A stretch of 64,000 nucleotides of DNA from Parasitella parasitica NRRL 2501 (taxonomy: Eukaryota; Fungi; Mucoromycota): positions 157,885 through 221,884 of the forward strand of contig MU619247.1 in assembly GCA_025201805.1 (NCBI GenBank), in the 5' to 3' direction. Positions 49,620 through 61,899 of the stretch are shown piece after piece (position 1 is the stretch's first letter; each line of letters begins with the position of its first letter). The notes under the pieces are model-generated. The model saw only the letters and a list, made by a program, of their open reading frames with translations, was not told where the DNA came from and searched no databases. Made by a program: the position numbers and the translations under genes.

Positions 49620-50370
49620 TTGTAATAGCAGGTTCAATACTAGTTGTAGCAGAGCCACCATTAGTAGTATCTACAGGAGCTGCAGATCAACAGGAGTAGA
49701 AGCCACAGCGCCTATTCTGAACAGCGGTCAATACCCAGTGAGGATTCGATGAATTCCAATGTAGTAGTAGGGACAATGGTCATCAACCGAATCTCATCAA
49801 ACACGCTACAGATCGTGTACAGTCCATTAAAGGCCGGTGTATTACCGCTTGCAGGATGAAGGCGCTTGTTGTATTTGTGGCTATGATCACCCTTCATGAT
49901 CCTCCCAGGCAGTTTCAAGACCTGTGGTATTATACCAAGATGGTTAGTGTTTTCGTTAACATTACTGAAAGGATTTTTCCCGTACCAGTGCACTTGTACC
50001 AATTTGATCCAACACACCTTGCACTTTGTCTGATAATTTTTAATCAGGTGCTTTTTGATTGACACCAAACAGAAGCAACTGTGTGCTTTTCGTAAGAAAG
50101 CACCTCGTGAAGTTGAAATGCGTTGTTGGCAAGCTGTACCAGCGTTTGGAAAGACGTGAGACTAAAGGCCGGTTAATTATTATTACCACCAACGTATACG
50201 ACATCTCCAAAGACATGAACCCTCTGACTTTTTCGTAGCCTAGAAACTACATGTCTCATTCCGTCCTTTTCTGGGTAAAAATGCCATAAGCTTTGGCAGA
50301 GGGAGGTCATTGCTGGTTGTAATACAATAACATTAGCAGAAACTATACAGTCAGGCCAAGGACGGCCCAA
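49620..50370 (-). mobile_element. Degenerate DNA-transposon-associated ORF relic
   Basis: LPGRIMKGDHSHKYNKRL....PAFNGLYTICSVFDEIRLMTIVPT resembles the DHS.K..K..FTGL.T..NE..EIR core of fungal transposon-derived (DUF6729-associated) proteins, recalled from memory. Frameshifted. Confidence 0.5.
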
Positions 50371-51298
50371 ATTATTTAAGCTGCACCCAAAAAGGACAAC
50401 AGGTAAGATGCCCAGACATAGTAGCGTCTATTTGTGAAAACTTGAGGTCTAAATGTAGTTTACGGCATTTGTACATTAAACGGCACTTGTGATCTACACA
50501 TTAGTGGACTTTACTACAGCTATCTAACCCTAAAATTTATTCTAGTTAAAGATGAAGGTTACCATAAGTTTTGCAAGCTTTTTTTATTACATTAACGTAT
50601 ACAATGAGACACAAAAATGATCAGCAAATGGATTTGTATGGTATTTCTCTACTGCCTTTGCTTTGTGCCCCAAAAAAAAAGGGGGCATCCAATGAAAAAA
50701 GAGCGAATTATTTCGTGATTTAACTCTGCAAGCTGATTTAAGCTTTGTAAAATACATTGCATGCAAAGTTCGAATATATCTAATTGCCTGTATTGATATA
50801 AAAAAAAAATCAAAATTATTCATAACTTAAGGACGATCCATCGCTCTGTTGAAACAGTGCATTAGAAAAGTTCCACCCATCTTCAGTGACACCTAGCAGT
50901 GATTTCAATATTATCATATACATATTTGATCCAGCCATTTTGACATTTACTTGATTATTTCTGCAAAACATTCAAAAATAATACCTACACATACAGAGAA
51001 TACTGGTTGCGGTTGCGAATGACTAGCAGCAGCAATGACATGACGCGCTGGGCATCAAGAAGTGTGGGGGTTTGAACATTTTAAGCGAACCCCAGTTGAT
51101 TTCTACTAACTTCACCCTGGCTTATTTGAATAACCGAATTAGACTTCTGTGTGAATCATATCAACCTCTCCCGTTAAATGAAAAACGTTTCTTTTCTTTT
51201 CTTATTCATTAAATAATTTCTCATATTCTCTCAAGTAAGTTGTATTATTACCGTCTAATATAAACTACCGAGACTAATTTTTTGGCCTTGGTTTTTAG

Positions 51299-52539
51299 AT
51301 GTCTGTCCCTGGTATGTGTTTTACCTCTGATCCTCGTACCTTTGTTCTGTTGCTTAACCCCACTCTTTTTTTTTTTTTTCTTTCATTCTGAATAGTTGCT
51401 TTCAATGATATTGGCAAGTCCGCCAAGGACCTTTTGTCCAAGGATTACCCCGTTGGTGGTGTCAAGCTCGAAGTCAAGACCACTGCCGCTAACGGTGTTG
51501 TAAGTAAATGTGAATATGTGATTTTGGACACACAAGTCTAACATTTGACCCCGATAACAGACCTTCAAGGTTAACGGTCAACGTGATAACAAGACTGGTA
51601 TCATCGTTGGTGATCTCGAAACCAAGTATGCTGACAAGAAGAACGGTCTCACTTTCACTGAAGCCTGGACGACCTCCAACCATCTTAACGGAAAGGTCGA
51701 ACTTGAGAACAACCTTGCCAGTAAGCATATATTTCTAATGTGATGAAACAAATGCTAACTACATATCTTTGTTGCAGAGGGTCTCAAGCTCGAACTCTTG
51801 ACTTCTCTCCTCCCTTCCGTCAACGAGAAGGCTGCCAAGATCAACGCTACCTACAAGAAGCCTAATGTCCACACTGTCGCCACTCTTGATGTCTTCAAGG
51901 TAAGCTTCCCCTTTAAAAGTGAAATGTTTAAAGTGAAATGGTATCTGAGCGCTTTCGCTGTAGACCAACTTCAGCGTCAACTCTGTTTTTGGTCAACAAG
52001 GTTTCCTCGTTGGTGCCGAAGTCGCCTACAACGTTTTGGATGGCAAGGTACGTGTTTGTTTACTTCCAGGATTACAGACGGTCAGTCTTAAATGTTTTTG
52101 CTCATTCTAGATTGGTCGTTACAACGCTGCTGTCGGTTACACTGCTGCTGAATATGGTGTTGCTGTTCATGCTACCAACAACTTGAGCAACTATGCTGCC
52201 TCTTACTACCACCGTGTTAACAGTGATCTCGAGGCTTCTGGTAAGGCTTCTTGGGACTCCAAGGGCTCTAATGCCGTTGCACTCGAAGTTGGTGCCAAGC
52301 TCAAGTTGGATGCCTCTGCCTTTGTCAAGGCCAAGATCTCCAACTCTGGTGTCCTTGGTCTTGCGTAAGTTTTTATTCGATTTTTATTGCGTGATCTTGG
52401 TTTTTCTGAACAGCATTATTTTAGTTACACTCAAGCTCTTCGCCCTGGTGTTAAGGTTAACTTTGGTGCCTCCGTTGATACTAGCCGTCTTAACGAAAAC
52501 GCTCACAAGCTTGGTCTCTCTTTCACTTTGGAGAACTAA
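51299..52539 (+). CDS. POR1: Mitochondrial porin / VDAC, 7 coding exons
   Basis: Exons 51299-51311, 51396-51499, 51561-51720, 51778-51899, 51964-52047, 52111-52364, 52425-52539. FNDIGKSAKDLLSKDY, SYYHRVN, VKAKISNSG, YTQALRPGVK, HKLGLSFTLEN*. Confidence 0.96.
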
Positions 52540-53261
52540 ATTATTTATTGTTAATCAAGTTTAATCGTCAAGCACAAAAAAAAAAAAATTCAGGAAAACA
52601 CATCTACAAAATCGAAAAAGAAATATTGAGGAGAGAAGGATATTGTCACATAATTAATCTTAAATCCATTCTTCTCTTCTCTTGACTCTTCTTTTGTAAA
52701 CAAATAATTACAAGTATATTTTTACAACCAAACTATATTAAAAAAATTTGCGCTGCAAACTTGAAAAGCATGTATTTTTGATTCGAAAGATTACATCTTT
52801 TGACACATTTTTCCGAGCAGGTCTCGATAAAATGGGAATGGATAAAGTAATGAGTAACCCTGGTACCATGCTACAGAGCCATGATTAACCTAGACACTGA
52901 CCTTTGTCGATTTCCATCCACCCTTGCCCAACATAAAAGCCCATTTTTGATAAAATTGAAGACGATAAGCATCACACTAACACACCAAGGAACTCTCAGA
53001 CTTTATCGAAGAGCAATCAACCTGATGAAGATTTTTGTCTTCTAAGGTCATTCTTTCACTAAAAGCATCCAAACGAAAACGCTATGTATTTTGTTGAACG
53101 GCATTTGCATGAAACTACTTCTAGAAGAGTATTTAGTCATGAATGGGTTCAACGTTACGGATACTGACTTACTTCCAAGTCAAAGAATTGACCAGGATTA
53201 AATCGAGAACCAAAAATACAAATGCTTTATTTTGCTATGAATACAAATAATTTTAAAAATT

Positions 53262-54749
53262 CTATTCTTGTAATAAGTCTACGTTGACGCTCTTCAACGC
53301 ATTGACAGCCCATTGAGGGTATTTCTTTCTATCTCCACCAAAGTAATTGTGGAAAAACTTCTTGATCCAAGCAGGGAACTCGTCCTTTTCAATAGCATTT
53401 CTCATGTCACGCATTAATCTAAGCTGGAATGCAACGTTGTGGTTGGAAACAAGATGACAACCCACCGTATCCTTGCTTGATACATTCAAATGTACAAATG
53501 ACCTTGTATATTCTCTGCAGGTTGAACAATCGCATCCCTCTTCAATAGGTCCAAAATCGGTTGCGTACTTGCCAGATTTCAATGAGACTGTGCCGTTCAT
53601 AGTCAAAGCATTGCCAAATCTCTTTTCGCACGCACGTTAGCATTAGTTTCCGTCATTTTAAATTATACTTACAGCCGTTCTGGTAGGGAATACACAATCA
53701 AACATATCAACACCCAAGGCAACACATACGACTAAATCTTCAGCGTACCTGTACAAATTGAGTACGATTAGCGTCTGACCATGGCTTCAATAATAGTAGC
53801 CTATATTACCCCACACCCATACAGTAGATTGGCTTGTTTTTTGGTAATAGATCCGTACATAATGTTACACTATAGATACGCAAAAAATGTCAATCCAATG
53901 TCTTGCAATTGACAGCAGTATTTTACATTTTCCAGAACACATCCTTTTCTTCTCCACCACTTAACCCACCAACGGCATAACCTGGAGTATCACGCTTAAC
54001 CATTTCGTCGACACACTTCTTTCGAAGATCAATATTCAGGCCGCCTTGGATAATAGCAAACAAGTTTTGTGTATCCTTTTTTTTGTGTGCCTCAATGCAT
54101 CTGTCAAGCCAACGAATTGATCTCCACATGGCTTCTTCTACACGAGGTCCAGTTGTCAATGAAGAAATAACGTCATCTAGCTGCATCATGATATCTGCGC
54201 CAATACTATTCTGAAGTGCCATCGAATGTTCAGGTGTCAACATCATGAGTGAACCATCGTGAGGGGATTCAAATTGGACACCATCTTCAGTGATCTTGGC
54301 TAATTTCAACAAGCTGACCTATGTATGGTTGGAAATGTAAATATAAAATTATGTATAATAGCTTGTCTTGTTTCTTCTACCATTTGAAATCCACCGCTGT
54401 CAGTAAGAAGATTTCCTTGCCAGTTTTGAAAATTGTGAGAGCCTCCTACTTGATCTAGGATCTCTTGGCCTGGCTTGAGGCCCTAGAAACAAAAATAAAA
54501 GCCCGTGTATTAGTGTGATATTCAATAAAACTAGCTGTGAAGATTTACAAGATGGTATGTGTTGTTCAACATAATTTGACAGTTCATATTTTGAATCTGC
54601 TTTGGAGTAAATCCCTTTAAGGTACCTTGAGTACCAACTGGCATAAAGACAGGCGTATCGACTAGCCCATGAGGTAAGGTTAGAACAGAAACTCTAGCTT
54701 TGGTAGTGGAGCAAGTAGCAATAGTTTTGAAGGTCAAAGCGCTTTTCAT
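53262..54749 (-). CDS. QTRT1: Queuine tRNA-ribosyltransferase catalytic subunit (eukaryotic TGT), multi-exon
   Basis: [74 protein letters not shown], zinc site CDCSTC..HN. Confidence 0.96.
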
Positions 54750-54776
54750 GTTGTCAGGTGTGTGGTGAGGAGGCAC

Positions 54777-54790
54777 TGAAAATTTTTTTT
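54777..54790. promoter_or_regulatory. RRPE-like element upstream of QTRT1
   Basis: tgaaaatttttttt ~30 nt upstream of the ATG. Confidence 0.4.
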
Positions 54791-54939
54791 CCTTGACAAA
54801 AAGAATCAGTTTCAAGCACACAAAAGTGGTTTGTGTTTAAAAATCAGAAAAAAAAAAAAAGATGCCGAAATAGTAGATATTAGCACTGCTATTGCTAGGG
54901 GATTGTATTAAATTGTGCCAACTATTTGAAAGAAGCATA

Positions 54940-55400
54940 GAGATGAGGCAGAACAGATCATCAAGAAAAAGTGATGTTAAAATCTCATACAGTCAAGTTT
55001 ACAAGATCTGGCCTCAGTTAGACCCCGGTTTTGTGTGTTGAAGTCTATTTAGCTTTGATGGAATCTCTTCGTGTGGCTATTATCCGGAACTATAATTGGA
55101 ATTGCAACAATTGAATGCTCAAGCTATCGAGGTTCTTCTTCAACAACGTTTGGCGCCTACTTTGACCAACAAAAGGCATCGCAAAAATCAGCTTCGCTAT
55201 CTTACATGAACGCAACAACATGCAGTTTCTTGCACCCGGCGTTCTTTGTAAACTACCTGGTCGACATGAGGCACACTGATCACCTAGCTGGCAACTCTCA
55301 AGGCTATACGTGCTACCAGTGCCCGACTCGCGTTTTGAGGCGTTAAATAAACAGGATCGTCCAGTTGCACTTCTCATTGTCAGGCTCCAACTTTTTTTGT
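54940..55400 (+). mobile_element. Relic of a DIRS-like tyrosine-recombinase retrotransposon
   Basis: WNLFVWLLSG (end of the RT/RH/MT ORF), then LNAQAIEVLLQQRLAPTLTNKRHRKNQLRYLT*TQQHAVS and VNYLVDMRHTDHL. These resemble the N-terminal region of Mucorales DIRS recombinases. Stops and frameshifts present. Confidence 0.6.
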
Positions 55401-55639
55401 TTAACTCAACATATTTATCAATCATTTAATGTTTTTGATGCAACGGAAATGCTATTTGTTAAATAATGCATCTTTGCTTATGATACGAAAATAAGGGCAT
55501 CAAGATCAAGATGTTTTTGATAAAAAAGCAAGTAGAGTAGACATGGCGAGTGTTTATTATTGAATCATTCATATATATACTTATATAAATGAAAATGGGT
55601 ATACTATCTTTGCGTTCTAATCAGTCATTGCTTGATTGA

Positions 55640-57197
55640 TTAGTAAATTGAATCTGCTTTGAATTTGCTCGTTACATTTGCTATAAAATGACCAATTTTC
55701 GGTAACGTTATTTGCAATTCACTCCAACTATCGGGCCAAACAGCAACCACTCGCTCTTGCTCAATAAACTTCTTTGCATATTTTCGGCTTTTTACATATG
55801 CAAGAGAGAATGCAAATAAAAAACTATCATCATGTTCAGGAAGCCTATCATTGTTAATGGTGGACAGTAACGCCTCATCTGGATGGTTCTTGATTGTGCT
55901 GTTGTTCACGCTTGTATCAATTTTTTCGTCATCTTCCATTAAACAAAGTAATCGATCTGCAAGTTCCTCTTCTTCTGCCTCTACTTGTTCTACTTTTGCT
56001 TCTTCTACTTCTGCTTCTTGTTTTATAGTTATCCAGCCCTCAATTTCCTGCTCATCCATCAATGTGCACCAGGCAAAAATAAGGTTGCCCTCTAACCAAC
56101 TGTCATTCACCCAAAATAAAACCGCCTCCTTGGCTACTTCTTTGCATACTTTAGCTATATTGCCATATTTTGCCACTATGATTTCTGTCAAGTATAGCTC
56201 ATTTTTGAAACTAAAAACTTACATTGAGCATTTATGCCGTATTCCCATTTTTCGTGCAACTCAGTCTCCCTCAATATAGTCTGGAGAGCAGTATCTGTCA
56301 ACCCCTCTTTTTTCAAGCGCTTAGCTTCTGGTTTCGACGCTTTTTTAACAATAGGTTGTGTTTTGGATGTAGATGTAGGAATAACGAATTTGAATTTGGA
56401 GAGTGGTGGTAGTTTTGAGCTGTTGCTTTTTTCGGTTGGTGTTAAGTTTGTAAATGAGAGATCAATTATTGGAGGAGATGATGGTGGATGAAGGGGTTCC
56501 TGTGTCGAAAAGCTAGATGTGACACTCTCCGCAGCATCATCATCGTTGAAATGCAATATGTCGTTATCCATCGTTTCAGTAATAGGCGATACTAGATTGG
56601 AGACCAGTGAGTTGACACTGTCTTCCATACTAAAATTTTGAATTTGGCTGTTATCGTTAAATTCAAGATCTCCAATTGGAAATGCAGGTTGCGAAATATC
56701 AGAGAAGTTAGATACGATGCTGTCGGGTTGAGTGGCATTTCTACTGATGCCATCGTCCAAATCGAACAAAAATGGTGTTGCTAGATCTGAATCACCAATC
56801 TCTGATATTGCTTCGGACCATGCATAGCTATCTTGAGTATTAAGGGTCGATTCTTGTGTATTTACTGAGACTCTTTCGACTCCATCTATTGTAGCAATGC
56901 TTCTTTGAGAGCGATCAAAAGAAGACGTGAAGGAATCAAAACCTTGAAAATCTTGATCGTATGTGGATGTCTTTTTTATTTTGCTGGTATGTTCCTTTCT
57001 AGTCTGACATCGAGTTGAGTACTCAGAGACGGCTATCAAGGTAATTAGCAAAATACCTGCGAGAAGAAATCTAAAATACTCGAGTTTTGTGAACCTAAAA
57101 GTTTAGCTGAGTCCTTTTTTCTTTTGTTCTACAGAATGAAATATTAGGATAAAGCCTGGCTAGTGTATATTAGGATCTTTACATTTCTTTTAGCCAT
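55640..57197 (-). CDS. Hypothetical protein (Ser/Asp-rich N-terminal half, unrecognised C-terminal domain), ~4 exons
   Basis: Two long same-strand ORFs (287 and 183 aa) joinable by a short intron. Small 5' exons (MAKRN / KKDSAKLLGSQNS) with GT-AG sites. Confidence 0.65.
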
Positions 57198-57307
57198 AAA
57201 AAAAAAGGGTTGAAATGGGAAAACGCGATAAAGAGATGCGTCTTAAATTCACGCTGCATCTGAAAAATGTGCATCGTTTATTTACTGTGCAAACCACAAT
57301 GTGCTAT

Positions 57308-59348
57308 TTAAAAATCAAACTGGCCGCGAAAAGTGTCTAGGTTGCGATAAGCGCATTGAGCTGCAAGATCTTCACGACTCATCCTGTATTATAAATAGGT
57401 TTGATCGCTATTCCCTAGTAAATTTGATGCAGTAACTTACATGTACATTAACAAGCGTAAACAATCCCAAATACCGTCGCTGGTTTCAGCATAGATTCCG
57501 CTCTCAAACGCTCGAGCAGCTGAAGCAGCAGAAGGCGCTGCTGCACGCTGAAGATCGAGTGCCGTTAGCAAGTGCTCCGCTGCTTCTTGATGCTGCCCCA
57601 TATTCATACAACTGATTGCTAGATTGTATCTGGCACGCACAAAAGATGGATTAATCTGCAGGGCGTTAAAATACATCTCCACAGCACCCATGCTATCACG
57701 AGAACTGGCTAGCGTGGCGCCTACTTTATTCCATAATTGATAGTCGAGAGGTCTGCTTATCAAAGCTGCTCTAAAACAATCCACGGCCTTGTCGTACTCC
57801 TCAGACATGTTGAACAAGACGCCCAACCCAACCTGTACATCTGCATCCATTCCTTCGCCAGGAGCTGTGCGAGCTGCCTCTAAAAATAATTGAGTGATAT
57901 ATTTGTGTCTCTTTGATTGGTCTGCATAATTTTGGCCTAGCTTTTCCTGCAGAATATGCTTATACTTGGGACTATTGGCAATCCACTGTTCCAAGCAATT
58001 GTAAGCATCCATACGACAATGCTCGTTGGTATAACTAACAGCAAGCGCTAACCAAGCATCGAGACAGTTGGCATCTATGGAAACTGCTTTTTCTAGTGCC
58101 GTAATGGCGGCAGCATCCCGTTCGTTTTCTTGTTGCTTTAAACCAAGCTGTTCCCAAGTCTTTGCATCCTCCGGTTCGAGTTGTGTCACTGCTTCCAAAG
58201 CTATAATCGCATCGGCCAGAGAGGAATGTATCGCATTATCAATAGCATCCTGACAATGCAAATAAGGATTATCTGCCATATAATTGTATTTCCCGTATTC
58301 TGGGTGAATGGCGCGATATCCATACGGTTTGCCGTCAGGCTCTAGTCGATCCCACTCTTTTGGATAGATTTCCTCCTCAGACTTCAATTCGGATTGCTTG
58401 CTATCAATGCTTTTCTGGTATCTCTGAACCCAATCATCCTCATTTTCTAAACTTCTGGATACAGATTTCATTGCTTGAGCTGTCAAATCGTGATATTTAC
58501 TAAATTCTTCTGACCAGTCTTTTACATCAAACAATTGAGAGGAAAAGCTTCTCGGTATAGGACGTGTTGGCCTCGTTGGCTTTTGTTGATGCTGTAACCG
58601 TTGCTTATTCTCATTTGCTTCCCATATTTCGTGATCAGCAAATTCCTTTTCCCAATCTTGATGCAGCTCGGAACCATCGTCTACCTGTTCAAATGCACGC
58701 TGGAATGCCATTTGCTCTTCATCAGAAGAGGGCGGGGATGATCTTGGCATACTGGAAAATTCATTTGTCCAATTTGCATGAATTACAGGTGATCTACTGC
58801 TATGTCTCTGATAAATTGACTCGAATTCTTCCTTTAAATGGGGCATTGGTGAAGCAGTTGCTTGGCGACTGCCGCCTATAATAAATTCTCGGGCCCAATC
58901 CTCTTTGGAGGGTTGAAAGCTATCCGTATACAGAGTAGCCACATTACTTCTATCAATTGGCTCATTTTGGAAAAACTCATTTGCAAGCTAGACCGAAATG
59001 TTATTAAGGTAACTAATATTACATGTGTGTAACTTTACGTTGTCACTGCCTGAAACAGTACTCTGTGTGTATGGGCTTCGAAAATTGAAAGCAACCTATG
59101 CAAAAAAGTGTTGATTCGTAAAGAAGAACAAAGGTTTATTTTCTGCTGTTGTTACCTTCGTGCTTTCGCCTTTTTGAAGAAAACGTTCCTATTAAAATCA
59201 GTGTGAATAGAATTGCGTTTATGCAAAAACACAGGAAGACACTTGCCTGTTGTAGACTTGTATCTTGATTAGATTGCCTCAGCAGTTTATTTAACCCATT
59301 GTCAGGACCGCAATTTGAATTAATTCTAGTTAGCTTTGAAAATGCCAT
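57308..59348 (-). CDS. PEX5: Peroxisomal targeting signal receptor Pex5 (TPR), 5 exons
   Basis: N-terminal CGP.N.L and DTSLQQERF; WxxxF/Y motifs; LGLKQQENERD, LAVSYTNE, DADVQVGLGVLFN, LWNKVGATLA, FVRARYNLAISCMN; ends FRGQFDF*. Confidence 0.93.
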
Positions 59349-59800
59349 GAGTCTCTATAAAAATAATATACTGAAAGAAAAAGCTGGAAAATATTGAAAA
59401 ACCTTGTGTGCTGGATAATTTATAAACCCTTGGGTTTGAAACCTTTCAAATTTTTCATTTTCAAAAGAAACAAAGGGACAGACTGAAGCCAATTGATCTT
59501 TTTTTAATCATTTTGAATTCTTCCTTGGACAACATGAACCATGTATGAAGTCTTTTTGATTTTTTTTTTTTTTTTTTTTTTTTNNNNNNNNNNCTTGAGA
59601 AACACAAGATATATAGCTGTTTAGACAGTTTGATTAGTCGTATTTGTGGCAAACTTGCTTTATAACTTGATCTGATACGGATCTTTCCAGATCAAATTCA
59701 ATTCTAAATATATACTACTTCGCATGTAAAAGGCTTATGTAATGTAAATTCATTTTGGCATGTTTTTGATTTTACACTAGCTTTTATTGTATAATATACT

Positions 59801-60414
59801 TTATAGAAAAATGAATTTAATAGTAGATATTGAAATCTGTAGATCCAAATGGATTTTTGGTATTGTTACGAGTAATCTCTGCTTTTGGTTATTTGAACCA
59901 AGTTGATTAAAATCAAATCCATTTGTGATGAGACATACGTGGAAATCGACATATTCTTGCATCAATTCATCTGATCCAGCTTCTGAAAGCAAAAACCAAG
60001 CAACTGCATTACCAGCAATGGCAATGCCACTGAAAACTAGAGATGATCCATAGTAGCCGCCCATCACTACCTCCTGAGGCAAAAAGGCAATCTGCTCACT
60101 GTTATTCCTACCTTACTAACGGTGGCAGCGATACGACAGCAGACATCTCCCAATGTGGTATTGAAAAGTTCCGTCGCGGTCGGCTCCACAACTGAGCCCA
60201 GGCCATATTCTCCCTAGGCTAAAGAAAATAATGCCATACACGTATATCGAAATGCCATGTAATGTGAATTATTACACTGCTGCCTCCTTAGGTGCTCTGC
60301 ACGGTTTATTGAGGAATTATTGTAAAATTGTTGGATGAAGGATGTGGCAATATCCAGATTTTGTTCGAGTTCCAATGTATCTTTCGAAGGGTCTTTATAT
60401 CCCTTCAATTTCAT
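59801..60414 (-). other. Possible spliced hypothetical gene or pseudogene just downstream of the Helitron 3' end
   Basis: Open blocks separated by intron-like gtagga..cctcag and gtatgt..aagcag; no recognisable domain; first junction not resolved. Confidence 0.3.
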
Positions 60415-60440
60415 CTTGAACCGCAGTTTATTTATAGGGA

Positions 60441-61437
60441 CTAGCTGGCCTGCTCGCTTCGGTCACGACGGCCATCGTCGCCCTACCGGGAGCTCAATCT
60501 TTTGATAAGTGCTAATCAGATATTCAATGCTCTTTTATTGTTGTTTATCTATAACTTAATATATATTGTTAGACAGAAATAAAAATATAGATGTAGTAAC
60601 GCACAATAGGAAAAAAACATAAAAATCAGTAGAGTCATTTAAATACTTCATGGAATACAATATTATCGGTGTATGATCCAGTATAGTTTTTGGTAGTTGA
60701 GGTATTTCTATGTAGAAGAATTTTCATTGAAGACAACTGCTTAATGCGCGAGAAAGCAACATATAACTGGCCATGTGAGAAAAAGACCAAGAAAGTCGAG
60801 TGTTGAGCCTTGATGGTCATTGTGAATACCGGTCTAACAGAAAATTAGCAATCAACAGCACAAAGAGAAATCGGGTTTGCACTGGTGCCTCCATTTTTCT
60901 CTATGCCCACATGCGTGCTTGACAATGATGACAGATGCTGTTCCTTCCACCAAGATCATGGTGTTCGGTGAAAGAGGGTATACTTCTTTTAGCCATTTTA
61001 TGAGTATTGTTATGTATTGATTTGGCACATAATCTACTGGTAGATCGCAAATGACTTTCTTTTCCACAGCTTGAACAAACACGTCTGCTGGTTGTTGCAT
61101 CATTAACGCTGATTTTTTCTGTTTGCTGATCTACTTTCATAGTTTCAGATTGAGATCCCAGTTTATACAAAGAGTTCGATTATGATTGTAAAGTGAAAAC
61201 AAATTTGAGTCATACGATTAGCAATGTTGTTAGCGCAATGGCGATAAGAAGATCGATAATGGCCTATAACACCACAGCTTCCGCAAATGTTAGTATTAGC
61301 ACGGGTGTTATTGAGGCAAAGCCTGCTTGCAGAACGTGAATGGCCTTCTTGACCACAGCTTGAGCAGATTCTAATAGCAGGCGCTCTGTGTTCGTAGTAA
61401 TAAAAAGTGTCAACATATTTGCATTAAATAAAACAGA
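60441..61437 (-). mobile_element. Internally deleted, non-autonomous Helitron
   Basis: Pif1-like helicase C-terminus (FSVRPVFTMTI.KAQ..FSHGQLYVAFSR..TDNIVFHEV) joined to RepHel N-terminal zinc motifs (CHHCQARMW, FSLCC). The 3' end has a GC-rich hairpin and CTAG|T at 60441. 5' end approximate. Confidence 0.85.
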
Positions 61438-61899
61438 GTGTGCAGCTTAAAAAGTCGCCTTTGCTGGTTAGACCATGTCCAATTTCGAAAGATTCAAGCT
61501 TTTTCGCCCGAATTTCGACATTATTCACTTTGTTTAGAGAGTTTTAATTTTAGATTAATGTACATGGTCATCTATTTCATGTTTTGTTTCATACGCACAT
61601 TTTACTTGTAATTTTCTGAAGTGTTAAAGTATTTTTAATTAGTTTCTGAAATTGAGGATGTGCTTGGCTCAATGCCAACTTCTCGAAATTTAACAAACTG
61701 GGATGGAACTGAAAAAACCAACTAAAGCATTTGTTAACTCCATTTCTTCTTGGTTTGGGTTTGTTTTGCTTTATTCTTGAGCTTCAAGCGACTTTAATGC
61801 GGCTGTTTTTTTTACAAAGCGTGTAAAAAAAGTTAGCAGACTCCATTTTTTTTAATTATATAGATTCTATTATCTAAATTTATATTTCTGATGCTGTTT

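Noticed and set aside
52820-53180. C/D-box-like words or decayed coding sequence between VDAC and QTRT1
   Set aside because: No coherent snoRNA architecture or recognisable peptide.
5830-54749. Functional clustering of translation genes (DPS1, eEF3, SDA1, QTRT1) or trafficking genes (YIP3, VPS53, VPS8)
   Set aside because: Genes are dispersed among unrelated ones and these categories are large, so chance is sufficient without synteny data.
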